Shown: positions 12,447 through 31,955 of the stretch, one piece after another
Position numbering within the stretch: the first letter of the stretch is position 1
How the letters are laid out: each line of letters starts with the position of its first letter
Source: Raillietiella orientalis
Taxonomy: Eukaryota
Direction of reading: 5' to 3'
DNA: 64,000 nucleotides
NCBI GenBank assembly: GCA_036172245.1
Contig: JAYWIR010000005.1
Location: forward strand, 3,348,001-3,412,000
The notes under the pieces: model-generated
Database searches by the model: none
What the model was told of the DNA's origin: nothing
Seen by the model: only the letters and a program-made list of their open reading frames with translations
Translations under genes and position numbers: made by a program

Positions 12447-15400
12447 GAAAATTTTTTCTTTATGAAGATTACAATAAACCAGTGATTACAAAAATGCTAA
12501 GAATTATTGAGCTTCACGCGATACATGCACATCACAATTTCATTCGATAAAGAATGTTCCACCTATTTCTTTTTTTTTATCTTCTACTTTCACATCATTA
12601 TGTTAATTTGGTCCGTAGAATAAAACAGAGCATAGTTCCTCCACGTCACACAGCTATTCATACTTGTCAGTCACATAATGTTCAAAACCTACCAATTTTG
12701 CGCCTATAACCTGCATACTATTCGTGCTCCGATTATGTTCATAACTTTGCAAAGTCCTCAAAGTATCAGATTTTCTAATTTAATATCTAGAGGATTTGTG
12801 TACGGAGCACATCGACATAAGCAATCGGAAATCGTATCATGCCTTACAGCATACACCGATTTCCATAATTATTTCACTTAAGTAGGTCATTTTGTTAATC
12901 GGGTCAACCTACTGAAATACTGCAACGTTTATCCAGGTACATAAGGTGCACATTCACAACTCATGAATACCAAGATTAAGACGTAACTTCGAATGGCAAA
13001 CGAAACCTATACATTAATTCAATTCATTTTCATTGTTAATGGAATATCAAAATTATAATTAGTACATTTGGTACTTTAATCACTGGTTGATTGTATAACT
13101 TCCTTTATTACTTCAACAGACTTTATAAGTAACACTTATGTATTTATAAATTTTCCGGGTTGCAAATGAGGCTGTCGCATGGAAACTTCAATGTATCAGA
13201 GTCGAAAATTACCTTCAAAATTCTTAAAGGGTAGTTTGATAAATTGGATTCTTCTAATTTTATTGTAAGAAATTAATCACTTTTAAAACTCTCTAGAATA
13301 TTTCAAGTTCTACAATAATGGGAGTCGCATATTTATTTAGTACTCTGAACAACTCTGAATGCACCTACAAGTTCAGTTGTGCATCAGTACATCATCAAAA
13401 ACTTACACAACAAAACGTATTCATTAGAATCTTATTGGAGAATTTCTGTATGTTAGGGATATATCTATATTACAAGACATTTAGAATTTATTTAAATAAT
13501 TTGCTTTTGGACAGAATAACGGAAGATGCAATGGATGATTAAAAGCATGCAAGTGCCATTACTTTTTGTCACAAGGAACCCATTTGTCCTCATAACTTAC
13601 AAATAATATGGAATAAAGTCGATGTATTAATGTGAATATTTATTATTCAATGAAATCAATGAGATATGAATGTGGAATTTCGTGAATTCTGCTTTAATTG
13701 CACAGTGAAATTAATCCACTGTGATTAATTAATTCTCAGCTTTTATAAAGTATTTAATTTGCATTCTACCTTCAAATTTTCCAGTTATTTTTAAATAACC
13801 GAATGAGTGTTACACCTTGCAAGTAAACAATTATGCAGTTTCATCTGAACTTGTTAACTTCTGTTTCTAATTTGCCAGCATTCATGATAAAATCATTTCA
13901 GCGACCAACAAAATGTTCTAATCTGTTAATGACCCAAAATCCATAATCAAACACAACATAATTTGCATACGATAGGAAATTTCGTTCCGTTAGTCCTACT
14001 TAATAAAGTAGTCCTAACTCAAGTCCTAAAACAATCTCCTTTTTCCATGAGAAGTGTTTGAAAAAGCAATGTGAATTAGTTGTTGAAAAATAGTAGAGAT
14101 CTTGATAAACATTCACATAGGAGTTGTATTTTATTATTCCCCGAAAGTCTCTTAAGAAAATGCTGGAACCTTCTTAACTCATAGATCTATTACGGGGCAT
14201 ACCTCAATTACCGGAGTACCGTGAGCTCTTCCAGTTGGATGAACGTTTCCATCGAATAAAGGAAATATCTACGAAAAAAAGCTTTCATTAAGTTTTGTAA
14301 TCTATGACTCTGATGTTTCATAAACGATACTTCAGTTGTACGCATGTGCTTTTCAGGATGCACTCCTGAAATTGATGCTAATCTGGATTTTCAATTCAAT
14401 GAGATCCAAATATGATCATTAGAATTTCAAAAGCAACGGTTTAAAGGAAAAAGGAAAATTATAATAAGTGTCCTTTAAAGATCCCTGATTTTTGTTAAAC
14501 ATATTTGGAAGTTTTGAGAGAAAAAAATTGGCTTCGAAAATTTAGCGTTCCATACCTCAACATAAACGGATATGTAGGCCCATTTATAAAAGAAAAAGGT
14601 CACAAAATTTATGAATTTACTGTTTATGAGGTCTTTCTGAAGATCAACGACCATTAAGAGTCCTGGAGAGCAGCAAAGGTTTATGTGAGATCAGGGATCT
14701 CACGAGAAACACTTTGTAATGAACACCTGATAGGATGAGTTCTTGGATAAATAACAGCTGAAAGGTACTTCGATTTCTTCAAAAGGTTTTCGTAAGGAAA
14801 AGGAAATCAAATGCTAGGTTATTTGGATGTATAATTAATATTTGGTCGTTCTGACGATCCTGAAGGTGCTCAATGAATTTTTGAAGCTCCCAGATAGTTA
14901 AATTCTAAATCCTGAAAGTTAAATTCTTCTAAATTGTCAACTATGCGTACAATCAGTTTCTTAAATAGTCATCGAGAAGCCTTTCAAAGAATAAAAATCT
15001 GAGGTTTTCGGAAGAGAATTAGAAGTAGTAAAGAAATTAGTAAAGAAAGTATTCGAATGGATTTTTAAAGGGCTGTGGGCTTTTTACTAAGAAGCATCTA
15101 TTGGTATGAAAATTCAAAATATCCTAAATAAGCAGAGATATTTGGATTTGTTAAAATCTTAATAAAGCATGAGAAGGTATATAAAGAATCGGAAGAGGAA
15201 ATCGGGACAAGAATTACTTTCATAACAACAAAAGCATTGAAAAAATGAAGAGCATAAATTGTATATAGTTGTACGTAGTTAGTCAATAAAGTGCTGATTT
15301 TATCTATTTTGCCAGACTTAGATTAGTCACAAGCTGTGCTAAACAAAGAGATAGATGGATATAATTTGATAAGTAATTTGGATTTTTGCTTGGAATGTAA

Positions 15401-16353
15401 TATGTTTGACCTCATTTGGGCAAGAATTTTTCTTTCAAATTCAGCAAGTCTCAGATTCGGGTACAGTACAAATTATACATTCCTTGTAGTAAACGCATTT
15501 CGTCTTGGAAACTTGCTACTTGAAAGTTGGTGAATAACTTTTGTAAAGTAATCCGCCTTTGCCGAAAGCAATGACAAGGAGGTAACTGGTGCACTTAATG
15601 CTGCAGTTAACGATGAGGTAATGATTGCATTTCGGAGAATTTCTGTTTCTGCGAAACGTAAATGTCAGGAAGAAATCACAGCTTTTTCCACAAGACTCTG
15701 AAAAGTTGTTTTTCTTGGTCTGAGGGATGTTTTTTGTTTTGTTGACGCTCCCCTTGGTTCGTTAGCGTGTTTGTAGAAGCTCATCATTAAATAATGGGTC
15801 GCAGGTGAGCTCGCTTTGGAGGTGGTATCGGTGCCGAACAAAACAATTCAGTTTTAATTCACTTAATGTCTATTCAGTTAATGAATTCATATTCGTTTTC
15901 CAAGGTAGAGTTTATCCACCGCCCCGAGCGTTTTGAAATAAAACAAAAAATCCAATAATTAAAATTAAATTTTTTATTGTTGTAAATTCTGAAATGTGAA
16001 GAATTCTTAATGTAATTGCTTTAAGTCGGTATGTTGCATTTCGTAATTCATTTCCATTTTGAATGTGGAAAATCAATTGATTTTGACATGGGATGATATT
16101 AAGAGTGAGACTAAATGATTGATAGATAAGTCAAAACTTAGAAGAATAAATGAGAAGGCAGAATACTGAGGCAAACTATCTGTCTGTTATGTAAAACATA
16201 TCGAAGTCTTCAGAAATAGGGCGACAACAAAATAGTTCATTTTGTATTATGAAGCTGCTAAAATTTTAGAATTGATTTCAGTCAAAGTTTTATAGTATTT
16301 GATCTGTGTTTATTTAGTTTAATACTATTGACTCATCTCAGAGTAACGTTTTT

Positions 16354-20322
<3,969 letters not shown>

Positions 20323-23300
20323 GCATCGTAATTGTTAAGGTTATGCGCAATCTCTTTATTGACTTGTGTGCTTAATTTTTGTATCATATAAAAATTATTT
20401 TTGGGAATTTTGGGATTGCATACTTTTTTTTTATGTTGAGTAAAATGCATTCTGAACATTCAGCAATTGTAAAGAATACTGTTTTTCGAGTTACATGTTT
20501 AGTATCGTTTTCCACATGCGTATTTTTGTTGTTGAAAGAAAAGCTTATGTTTATAAAAGACATGTTCACTAAAAAAGTGCTTACAATATTGTATGATGTC
20601 TTTATTTAAACAAAAAGCTGCTGCATTAAGTGTTTGTGTTTAGTACCTCATTAAGCAAACACAAACACTCAATGTAGAGCCTTTTATTCATTGTACTTGT
20701 TTTTTATTTTTCCCATCTTGTTTTGAAGTAAAGAAAAATCAAAGGGAATTTGTTGATTTGAGGTGCAGAAATTGCTCATGACAATATTTCCTTGATCATG
20801 CTGTGACAAGTTTTATTTAATTTCAACATCTTTTAGGTGGTTGTGTCAGTTAGTGTTGCTGATTACTGCATTCTATATCAATTGACACCCTGAAACGATG
20901 GAAGAAACCATGATCAGTAGTGAAAAAACTTGCTTACTAATAATTTGTAATGAAACTAAGCCATTGTGTCTTTTATCAGTTATTCATGTGATTCTTGTAT
21001 GTATTTATGTACAAAGGTTACAGTTCCGTATATGAACAAATAAATGCAATACAGTTTCTTAAAAGTTGATGATTTGATCTGCTTTCTGTGCTCTAGTGAA
21101 ATATCAAATCGTACTTTCACAATGTTGGTATTTAACACACATATTCTTAATTGTGTAGAGAGAAATTCGTTATTGGAGCAACCTAAAATAAGATGTATCT
21201 TTCTGTTCTTGAACCATTTGGCTGTTTTTCTATTGTTACTTTTGAGTTTCACTTTTTCAGTTAACCAAGATGTTGCACACCCTTTCCCATTCCAGTACTG
21301 CCAAAAGAACTAATTCAGAATAGTAATCATAATTCAACCCATATCCAGATATTTAAAAGTACAAACAGAGCGAATGTATCCGAGATTCGAACGGTCGTCT
21401 TTTCAATCCCTTCCAAATCTTTCGGCAGTTTATATAATAATGAACAGTTGAAAATACCTGTAAAACAGCTCTTGGTTGCTGTAAGTACCGAGATTCATTC
21501 CCTTCTTGATTTTTTTGTAGTCATAACCAAACTATTGCAAAGCAAGGAAATAATGAAGTCTTGTTTACTGAAATTACAGTAGTATAAACAAATAAAAGGT
21601 AGAGGACGAGAAAGTGATCTACCTATCATGCTCTGGTGTATCAGCTGCTATTTCTTAAAGAAATGGTCGAAAGCGCGAAGGTTCCTGTATTGTGCTACAC
21701 CTAGATTTTTTTTTTATAAAGAAATACTACTTAACCATGGGAATGCCTTGTATGAGACTAAGTGTGTATTAACGATTTATGGAAATACGTCGTTCCTCGT
21801 TTGGTTGGTACTTCTATAAGCTTTAAAAGCACTTACGAAGATGGAAAAACGAGAAGTCATTCACACTTAATGCCACTTCCATTCAGCTTCAAATAGCGAA
21901 GACAAGTGTTGATTACTGCAGCGAAAGATTTGTTTATCACCTAAATTTGGAGACAGAATTCTTGAAGTTAATCACTCAGTTCCTTTGAAAGCTGTGATTT
22001 ATGTGATAAGGCATTTAGGCGCTCTGCTGTTTCATTGGAAAAATGAAACTCCAACTGAAAATCTATGTTTCATTAAAATATTGGAAGTATCATCACATGA
22101 GATTATAGGACTCCCGAGTACATCATTGAAATGAAAAACTTTCTAACTCACTTCTTCAGCATCCAAACATTTGTTGAGTATCGAAAAGAGATTTTAGGAG
22201 TTCTTTGCAACCTGTGACTCAGGAATCGAAAGACTAGGCGAGTGGTCAAAAAGGTCAATCCATGAATTCAGAGAGCAATTTCAAATACTTTAAGAATGAA
22301 GGCATCTGATGAGCGGAGGCAGCAGTGAAAGATGAACAGCTCAATTTCAAGGTTCAATGCGGATTTCGATATAAAGGATGCTGAAATGAAGACAGCCGTA
22401 TTTCAAAAAATTGAAAATCTATTCATAAATCAACATCTGACTACATGAGATGTCATTACCTAAGATCGAATAGGAATAAAGAACGATACTTTTTATGCTG
22501 AGTAGGCGAATTCTAATAAAATAGTAGGCATCCAAATTACTAAGACCGTTAAGGCTTAGAATTGAGCGATTCCATGAAGTTTTGATTTCCCAATTGATTT
22601 TGGAATGGATTATAAGAAATTCATTTGGAAATTGTTGTGTTTCAGAGTATGGCCTCGCTGTAATTTTAAAAATACATGGGGAAAGATAGATAACGAAGTA
22701 GATGAGGTGGAACCTAGTAAACATTGTATTGCTTATCCAAGAAAAAACACCGAAAAACATAAATATCCAGCAACAAATTTGCCCAACAAAAACAACTATG
22801 TAATATAATTGAAAATGACCAATTTTCATTACATTTTGCTTTTAAATAATCACACGATCGTGAGGAATATATTGAATTCAGCTGATTTTAGGAAATAAGA
22901 CTTGCATGAAGACATTGGGAAAGCACTGGAAATCTCTAATAAGTTCAATTTCCGATTTCAAACCGGAGAGTACCATTAATACAAACAAGATGAAACTGCT
23001 GGCTACAATTTTACGATTCAGCTGTATGCAAGCTAAGAATCGATAGAATTTAATTTAAAAATGTAAAACGCTCTGCATGGCGGTGGAATAATAGTTTCTA
23101 CTTTTTTGTTGTTGATTTGGCGAAGAGAACGAGCAGATCCATCCTCTCAACACTTTGCGTCTTCAGAGAACTTGAATTAAAAAAAAAATCGTACCGATTT
23201 GCAATGGTGGAAAATAATATTTTTTTCAAATTCATCTAATTTATGATCATCCTTATGCTATTACCAGATGAAATTATAAAGCATTTATGAGATGTGAGCG

Positions 23301-24421
23301 GAAATTTTTCTTTTATTCAGTTTTTTTTATTTCATTGATTTGGTTTTTCTATTAATCTTATTGCTATTTATTTTTCAAATGGATAGATATTATTAAATCA
23401 TTTTTTGATAAATGATTTTAATAAATGATTACTGTTATAACATAGTTCTTTTCTTTGTAGTGCTCATTGATTAATTTTGCTTACAGATGAAGGAGAGTCT
23501 GTATGTATATAAAAAAAAATAATTATTCCATAAATATAAGTCTTTTTTCTCTTGGCTAATTCCCGGTTATGAGATACATTTTTCTGAAATGCATTCACAT
23601 AATTAAGCTATTCAAAACTTGGCCTGCAACTCATCAATTGTCTATGTGAGGACATTATTTTAGTCATAGTCTGTGCTTCTCCTAATATGAACGTTTATAC
23701 GTTTATTCTTCCGTCAGAGTGAACAACACAGAATTTTATGCTTCCGAAACACTCAAAAAAAAAAAAAAAATTCTAAAATGCATTCCAAAATACAATAAAT
23801 TATTTTCCACTCTAGATTTATATTAAGTTCGAAATGACTTTTCATGTTATAGCTGTGTTCTAAAGCAAATTTCTACTCTCTCTTTATAGTCATTTAAACG
23901 GTCAAGCAAATCACAGCATTTATTACATAGTGTGTATAGCAAATATTATACTATATACACTATAAAAAATCTTTATTTTCTTAATTCGAATTATCTCTGT
24001 GTTTTACTCTTTCTACTTTGCTCTGAAGCCTGAAGTGATTTCTAAGTGACAATCTGATGTTCTGCATTTTTTTCATAAATTCCATCAAAAGAATCTGAAG
24101 TAGAAGTAAACCAGTATTTTTTGGCTTACTCAACAAGATCGTTTCATTAAAAAACCCTCCAGATGCAATTTCTCTTGGAAATACTATGTTTTTTTATGTG
24201 ATTCTTTTAAATCTTTTACTAATTACCTTATCATTTCCTTGTTGGTCACATCAGTATTCGTCTTCTGTAGAAGTGATTCGGAGCTTTTCCATGCTACAGA
24301 CAATCTGTAGAATTCTGGGCAGAAATCACAGAAGTGGTTTCTAATGAGTTTTTAATTAGTTCTTTGCCTTCCTTCTTTTCTTTTCTGTTGTTGTTTTTTT
24401 TTTTAAAAAAAAAACTGAAGA

Positions 24422-24475
24422 CATCTTATAAGTTAATAAAATTAAATTCACTTAATAAAATTAACTTATAAGATG
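24422..24475. repeat. Perfect 16-bp inverted repeat with a 22-nt spacer
   Basis: CATCTTATAAGTTAAT (24422-24437) and ATTAACTTATAAGATG (24460-24475). Confidence 0.85.
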
Positions 24476-24978
24476 CAATGTCAGCATTAATTTTATTAAT
24501 GTTGAAATTTCCTGCTTAAATTTAGTAGAAAAGGGATTTAATAAGTTGTATGTGGTTTTCCAGTGCACACATTGTCAATATATAACATAATATTCCTATA
24601 TATAATGGTGGTTTATGATTTATACGCATACCTTTCTTTAAAGGCTACTCTAATATGTATTACACGTGGTAATCATTGTAAAATTTCGAGTTCTTATGGA
24701 TATGTGTAGCTATGTGTGGTGCTTTGCGAGAAAGCGAATGTCGCTTAAACAGTACTTAGAGTTCTTCTACGTCGAAGCATTAATATTTTCACACTTTCAA
24801 ATTATAGGATTTTGCTCGTATGAACTCTAAATTTAATCCATAGTTACACGTGGCATTTTAATTTGAAAATTAAAATTAGTTTTTGTTGCAAAAGTTCATT
24901 TCACTTTAGAAGTGATACAGTAAGCTAATGCTATTATTTTCTATTTTAGATTTGTAAAATTTGTACAGTTTGTAAATA

Positions 24979-25665
24979 ATGAAGTGGCGACACACAAATT
25001 CGTGTAAAAATATCATTTTAACGAATGCAGCAATAAATAGAAATGAGGTGAGAGCTTAACATTAGTTTAGATGCCGAATGGTTGCCACGGACATTTATAT
25101 ATGCGGATACTTATAATGTGAGAGCTGAGCATTATGTTCAAGATCATTAACTTATGTCTATAAAATTACGAGGAGACGTTTTGGGAAAAATGAGAACATT
25201 TTTTCAGAATGCGTTGTACCGCGAATATTCAAGTATTATAAGAACAGACTCCATATTAGATGCTCCAGACCATAAAGTAAGCAAACAAGTGTATCATTAA
25301 GCTTCGAAAAACTGAATATCATCAAGTGCTTCATGTCCCCATTTTTAGTTCAGTTGAATTCTTGTTTCTGTCATACATGAATCCTTGCATATAAAACGTG
25401 TTGCTTGCAATAAAGGTATTTAAAATTCTCTTGGAGTCTCCTTACATATTTGAATAGATCAGTTTAGTTTCAGTTCAGTTTCTTTCGAATTATGGCCATT
25501 ACTTAACAATGTGTTGTAGTTAATATGGTGGTTTATTACCTCACAATTAACATGAATGCATTGATATTCACATGTGAAAATTTCAATTAAACGAGTGTGT
25601 ATTTGTTTTGACAGTGCGGGTTTGGGGAAGGACTACCATTAGGCATTGATTCAAGGATTCTATTA
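24979..25665 (+). CDS. pum: Probable N-terminal coding exons of pumilio: 24979-25047, 25208-25276, 25615-25665
   Basis: All are phase 0 with GT-AG ends: MKWRHTNSCKNIILTNAAINRNE | NALYREYSSIIRTDSILDAPDHK | CGFGEGLPLGIDSRILL. Joined to exon 38596, LGIDSRILL-IGPAKLW aligns with vertebrate PUM LALE(S/G)R..LP.KKFW. Confidence 0.5.
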
Positions 25666-27340
25666 GTATTGTTTTTAAGTATCGGTAAAGTAATTCCTTC
25701 CAAATCTCTTAAGCATGCCCAAAAGAACAAGTACCATCTCCAATGGAAGCATTTATGCAGGGTTTTCAACATAATTTTGATTTTTTATAATTTATGAGTT
25801 CTTGGGATTTACAATTTTTTGTCATATTACATCAAAAGACAACTAACTTTGCTGGTTATGAAGTCAAGTTACCAAGAGAATTAGTTTTTGAACTGAAACT
25901 TGTTACATACATTATGTAGTGACACCTGTTCTGTATGCTGAAGAGGATTTAGTGTCTTTGAAGCATTGTCCCCATTTTCATTTTAGAAAACAAGTTTCTG
26001 TGAATTTGCATTTTCCATCTGTGTAGAAATTGGAAATTACTTTTAAAATAAACTGGTTTGCTTAGCTTCATTCTATAAGTTCTTAAACTGTTTTTGATGA
26101 TGTAAATTCCATTTTCATTATCCTAGACTTTTTTCAGCAGCCACTTTCATGAGTACAACATAGAAATTTTTATGTTCATCTATCTCAGAAATCTGTATTA
26201 CCCTGATAAAAATCATTAGGCATTTGTGATTTGTGGTTCCTTATGCAGTTAATCACTTGATTATTTTTGTGGAGTTACATCTGTGAATTCCATAAACCTT
26301 TCTTTTATTTTCTCTTTAAAGCATTCATTGCATGTGAATTTCCCACAATACTTTTCAGAATCATCTTTGTGGATGTTTTTTAATCATACATTGTTTATGT
26401 GTTTACCTAGTTTAATTTTAGGAAGAAATAACAAAAAGGATTAAATAGATTTGTTTGAATATAGTGCACAACTTTTATATTCAAAAATTTTATTAAATTA
26501 CATAAATACTTTAAAGAATTAACCGTTTTCAGGATTTAGCATTACTGTTGGAAACATTAGCATTTGTATTATTGTTGATGCCCGAGAGTTATTTTTAGAT
26601 AAGTATAAAAAGTTTATAAGCTAGCGATTTTACTAATACTAAAATATATTATAGGCATCAGTATGCAGACTTCTAATCACATATGAACTGTTGTTATTGC
26701 ATATGGATACAGATCAGGGATTTATTAAAATAGTTAGATATGCATATTCAGTTCTGCTTTAATCCGGATTCAGTGTTTTGTTATGTGTACTCCCATTGTT
26801 TTTCAGTAATTTGAAAGATTTGAGTTAATTATCATTCCATGTGTGAGGTCATCTGAAAACAGGTATTGTGACAAGACAAGTTTCCTACTTGTACAGATAC
26901 CAACATTTGTTGGTGTTACAATGCTAAAATACGTTACATTATTTTAGCTGCATGCTTTAAAATTGCAGCTTACTGTTTCATATCCAACTAGGCTTTTTTT
27001 TGTTTTTTGATGTTTGTCATCTTTTTCTTATGGTCATATCTTTATGTCAGTTCTCTTGGATAATAATAATTCATACTAATCTTGTAATTATATTAAGCTT
27101 TGTCCATCAGAGTAACCAATTCTCTTGGAGAAAGCTGTCTTGTGTATAGAAAATGAAGGAACTAATTATGCAGTGTTGTATATTGCATGATAATGATTCT
27201 TTAAGGCAAAGCATAAATTATCAAAGTGCTTTCTTGAGTATCTTATTAATTTTTTAAATATCATTATTTAAGATTATTTATCACGATTGTGTTAATCATT
27301 TTATAGCTATAAGAATAATGTTCATTTTATGCTTAGATAT

Positions 27341-27437
27341 ATCTGTCATCAAAAGAAATCCATGCAATGTCAGATACACTGTGAGATATATTTGTTGTTT
27401 TTTTTACTTTTGCTCCTCATTTCACAGAAAGAGAAGG
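27341..27437 (+). repeat. Dispersed ~97-bp repeat, copy 2 (probable large pumilio intron)
   Basis: Direct repeat of 17678-17774. Confidence 0.85.
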
Positions 27438-30400
27438 AGTGAATTTCCAATTTTTCTCCATTATATATTTTTCGTTTACAAACATTTTAAAGCATACTTA
27501 AAACGTAGTTTTCTTAAAAACGCTTTTGGTTTTTTTTTTTTTCTTTTTTTAATGAATCATGTGTTACATTTGAAGTATTTGGTGATACTTAATTCCAGTG
27601 TTTGCATTCGTTTCATACTGGTCCCCCAAAAATGTTGGAATTGTCTAGTTGTTCTCTTTCATAAGTGGAGCATCGTTGTATGAAGAAGGATCTAGAGTTT
27701 TTGTTTGCTTGTGGATGCTTCTTTTTGGAAAGCAGTTGCAATTTTAGCAGAATCTAAAAAAGCTTGTTAAAATCTTTTAAGTCTTTCTGCGTTATAAGGT
27801 TCACATGTATCTGGATTAAAGACACCTCGTGCTGATTCTTCCTTTACAAAATAATTAAATGTACTCATCAAAACGTATTGTTCGGAATATTTCGTTTTGA
27901 AATCATAGTGCATTTTATAAGCATGATCATAGGTATTGTTTTCATAAAAAAAAACTGTCATTTGGATAATGAAATTTTATTTCTTTAGAATTCTGATTTC
28001 ATTCGAATAATGAAACCTTTATGGTGAGTTTTTCTTCCAATTCATTATTGGAGCTTTTCCGTTTCACAGATAGTGCAGCAAAAGTTAATAGTTCTTATGT
28101 TGTCGACTTCCAAAATATGATTTTATTGAAATATGCAGGATAAACTGCCAAGTTTTTGAAAAATCATTTGCAACGTACCTAAACAAGGCATTTGTTACAG
28201 CATGGTGAGATTGCGAGGTGTTGTACAGTAATTGAAGACAGACAATCATTAGGCAGTTTTACTTGCTTGTAACCATTAATTTCTGTGTCTTTCTGTATTT
28301 TATATTAATATTCATAATAGCAAACGATGTTCAGCGTAATGGAACTTAAATGTGTTTTATCTAAATCTTGTTGAAAGATTGAGGTCAATTTTACCTAGGT
28401 TCAGTGCATCCTAAAGAAAAGAAAAAAAAGAGCAGGCGATAGAGTATTGAGAAGATTTGATCCCAAGTAAATATTCATTAAACGAAGACGTATTAATTCG
28501 AAAACGTAGATGAAATTAATGACCGACATCATTAGAGGAAGTTTACTGAGATCGCCAGCAAGTACTTGATTTTGTGTTTTTCCCAAACAAGGAATTCGTG
28601 AGAAACTACGTATTATTTTCTGTCACTCCCACTAAGTGAACACTAGTCGCTGCATGTACAGAAATTAAATTCCTGTCATGGTTTACGTTAATTTAAGTAC
28701 CGGAGAAGTCCCTGGGCGTTTGAAATGTTTACCATGTACACTTGTTACATTATGAGGAATCACGCGCTTTCTTTCTATAGCTTTTATGTTGTGTAGTGCT
28801 AATTCGTTTGATACACTCTACTTCTGTGAGAGTACTGTACGGTAGTGAAGTATCCGTGGCGATCTCCGCAAGCGTTCCCTTGATAGGTCACGGCTAACTG
28901 TTATGCAAGCACTGTTCTCTAAATGATGGAAAACATCTTCATAATGAATTGATGCAATCTGAAAAACGATGCACAACATTTTTTTTTTTTACATATATAT
29001 ATTTTGTGATCAGCAGTTCTGCAAACTTATGATTGAATAACATGTTTTTTTATTACTTCTTTCAGCTCTTCAGTGAATACCTTTTGAACCTCACAAGTAA
29101 ATATCATATTGCTCGCATATGGTTGTTAAATTTGTTTCTGACAGCTTTTTGATATTTTGTTTAATCTCTCGGTATACTCAAAACTCTCTAGTAAATTAAA
29201 GCATTCAAAAGATATAATCATCTGGGATCCAATCCCGAGAAGTTCCTTTAATTTCCATACATAGGGAATGCTATTTAGAACGCTTTTCCACTCTGAAGCG
29301 AATTCTGTGTGGTGATCCCATTTTCTCATGTCCCATATACATTCATAAGTATTGGTAAATAAATGTATTAACCATTCATCCTACCTTATGAATGGTGTAA
29401 AACACCTCCCTCTCTCTCTCTGTCGTCACTTTATTTTTCCATCAAAACCTTTACATATGTTTTGTTTGTCTAGAAATATAAGAAGAATTATAAGAAGAAT
29501 TATTCGTTCCTTATGCTATACTTAGTTTTTGAGAAAAGTTCCGTAGAGACTCATGTTTTATGAAGAGGGGGGAAAAAGGATTCGTCTACACTACTATATT
29601 TTGTTTTCATATCTCAACGGATTACTGTTTGATGTTTATGGGGCGTTAGTTATCTTTTCTATGTCAGACGAATCTGTTTGTAATGACTTTAATCCGTGTG
29701 ATTTACTTTCCTTGGTGTATAATTCAGCTCTGTCGTCAGTAGTCGAGCGCCGTCATGTCTTCGAATTTTTCCCGTAGTTTCATTTAAAAAAAAAAAAAAA
29801 ATTGCATAGTAGTCGGGTACGAATTTTTCCACGGAATTCCGAAGATTTCAAAGTTATTCGTGTGTTCCTGTTCACTTGAGGTTTTCTCCGGAACGAAATT
29901 TTTTGCCGCCGGTGTGGAGTCCTACATCGCCGTCTTAAGGCAGCTCTGAATCTTCGACGTTTGCGTCGCGATCATTTCAGTGTTTTGCAGAAAAGAGTAC
30001 TTGAAGGCAAAACCGGATTCTCCGTTCGCAAAAACATGCAAGCAAACAAATGCCAATCTAAATTTGGTGCAACCGTGAAATACGAAGAAACGAAGTTCTG
30101 TGCTCTCACTTAGTTTTTTTCCATCTACCAGTCATGTCAACGTGTATGCCATCGTTTCGAGTTCGGCAAAAAGCAAGAATTTGGAGCGTGGATGAACGTT
30201 CCGATGAGCTCGGTACTCCGATTTCAGCATCCGAAATAAATGTATTCCGAGAGTAGCCGTAAAACCTGACGTTGGTCAGGATCCCCAGCTCGGTTCTACC
30301 AAAGACAAGCACAGAGTATTCGTCGGCAGTTGGAATGTGTGGAATGGTGACGCATAAGATGCGAGCATTTTCCTACTCCTGTAATCACTAAAACAACTAC

Positions 30401-31955
30401 CCATCGCAGAGGGAAGGGCTCCCTGCCGTAATCAGTGAAAAGGAAATACAAGTAGCAGGGGTGGGCACAGGTAGAAACTAGAATAACACAATCTGCATTA
30501 CGGTAGGAGCTTTCCGTCCGGAATTTACAGGCAAAGGCCGTTCCATCATCGTTGCGCGAAAATTTTCCAACGAGCTGCAGGGGGCATCTCCTCCACTCCC
30601 GGGAGGAACGGCGGCGCGTGCGCAAGAGGGGCGTTTAAAAGGTCCATCGAAAACAGCTTCCAGCTTAAAAATAACGAAGCGCGCGAGATGGTGCACCTCG
30701 GTCTCCAAGTCGACGAGAGGCTGCTCTGCTCCGAAGGGAAAGAAGCTGGAAATTTTTGAAGATGATGAAGAGAGAGATGCGTGTAGTGAAGTTTTTGGGT
30801 AGCGTTGCTCTCCATTATGGAGTTTCGTCTCCATGTATGCCTGCGTACAGCCTTTACTAAAAGCGAGGATTTCATATGTACGCAGATGCTGTAAACAGTT
30901 GCATGTTGCTAGGAGAGGACGCCTTGAATTTTAATCAGAACCTGGGTCTTGTTTTTAACGTATCTTTGTAAGATACGCAGCCATGCATAATTTACGCAAA
31001 GAGGAAAACAAAAAAACAGTTCCAACTCTGGCATTCCTTGAATCTTTGTGATACAATTTTCAAGTATTTGGTTTGCATGCCTTTCGAATTTTGCAAACTC
31101 CTAAGCATCGCTAGAAAGGAACATCCCAAACTGTCCAAATCCATGCAGTAATTGCGTTTCATCGTTTTTTTTTTTTTTTCCGTTCTGAAGGCCTTTATTA
31201 TTATTATTATTTCTCGGACGTGAATGCGAACAAACATGAAACATGCTTTCACGAGAAAAATAACATTCCGTTGTCCAAATGGATCGCTCATTTTTGATGC
31301 TACCGGTATCTTTTATTTTTTTTTTTTTAAAAAAGTGAACCACATGGCAGACGTGAAAAATGAAAGGGTTGCAACAAGTTCAAAAATTACGCAACGGCCT
31401 GATCGTCCCGACTCTTCAACGGTTGTGCTCGAAAGCCCGTCGATTGGGATTGCGTATTCAAATACAACTGTGCTTGCAAACGTAAAAGAAATGCTTCTCC
31501 CCCCCCCCCCCCTTCTGTAGTTTTAAGCATATCTGAATGGACCGTGTTTCATCAAACGCAAGGGGAAAGGACTTTGCAATGAGCTCAGCCGATCGGTTCC
31601 TCTGAAATCGCTTGCAGCTTCCTCGAACGCAATGTCCAAAAATTCTGTTGGGACCGATCATGTAGTCGGGTTCTCGTGGAGCCGAAGAGAGGAAGAAATG
31701 CAACGGTTTCTTCGTGGAGGACCATGTGCGTGATGTTCCGTGATATTCCCCAAAGGATAATGCACTCGACGAAAGAAAAAAAAAAAAATCGAAACACCTT
31801 TGTTTGTGATTTGAATCACTCGGTCTGTTGTTTTCGACTCCTACCGAATCGTTTACGAGCATGCCTTTGAGTGTGCTCTTCATGAATACCGAGGAAGTTC
31901 GTTCCAAAACGTTCCAAGTAATCGTTTTCCGAATTGATTGTTCTTCCGGTTTGAA

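Noticed and set aside
20980..21650. Possible spliced minus-strand gene between ANKRD54 and pumilio
   Set aside because: Splice-like sites and short open frames exist, but I found no recognisable protein and no single convincing exon chain.
22419..22829. 136-aa hydrophobic minus-strand ORF
   Set aside because: F/I/Y-rich composition expected from AT-rich noncoding or decayed TE sequence; no domain motif.
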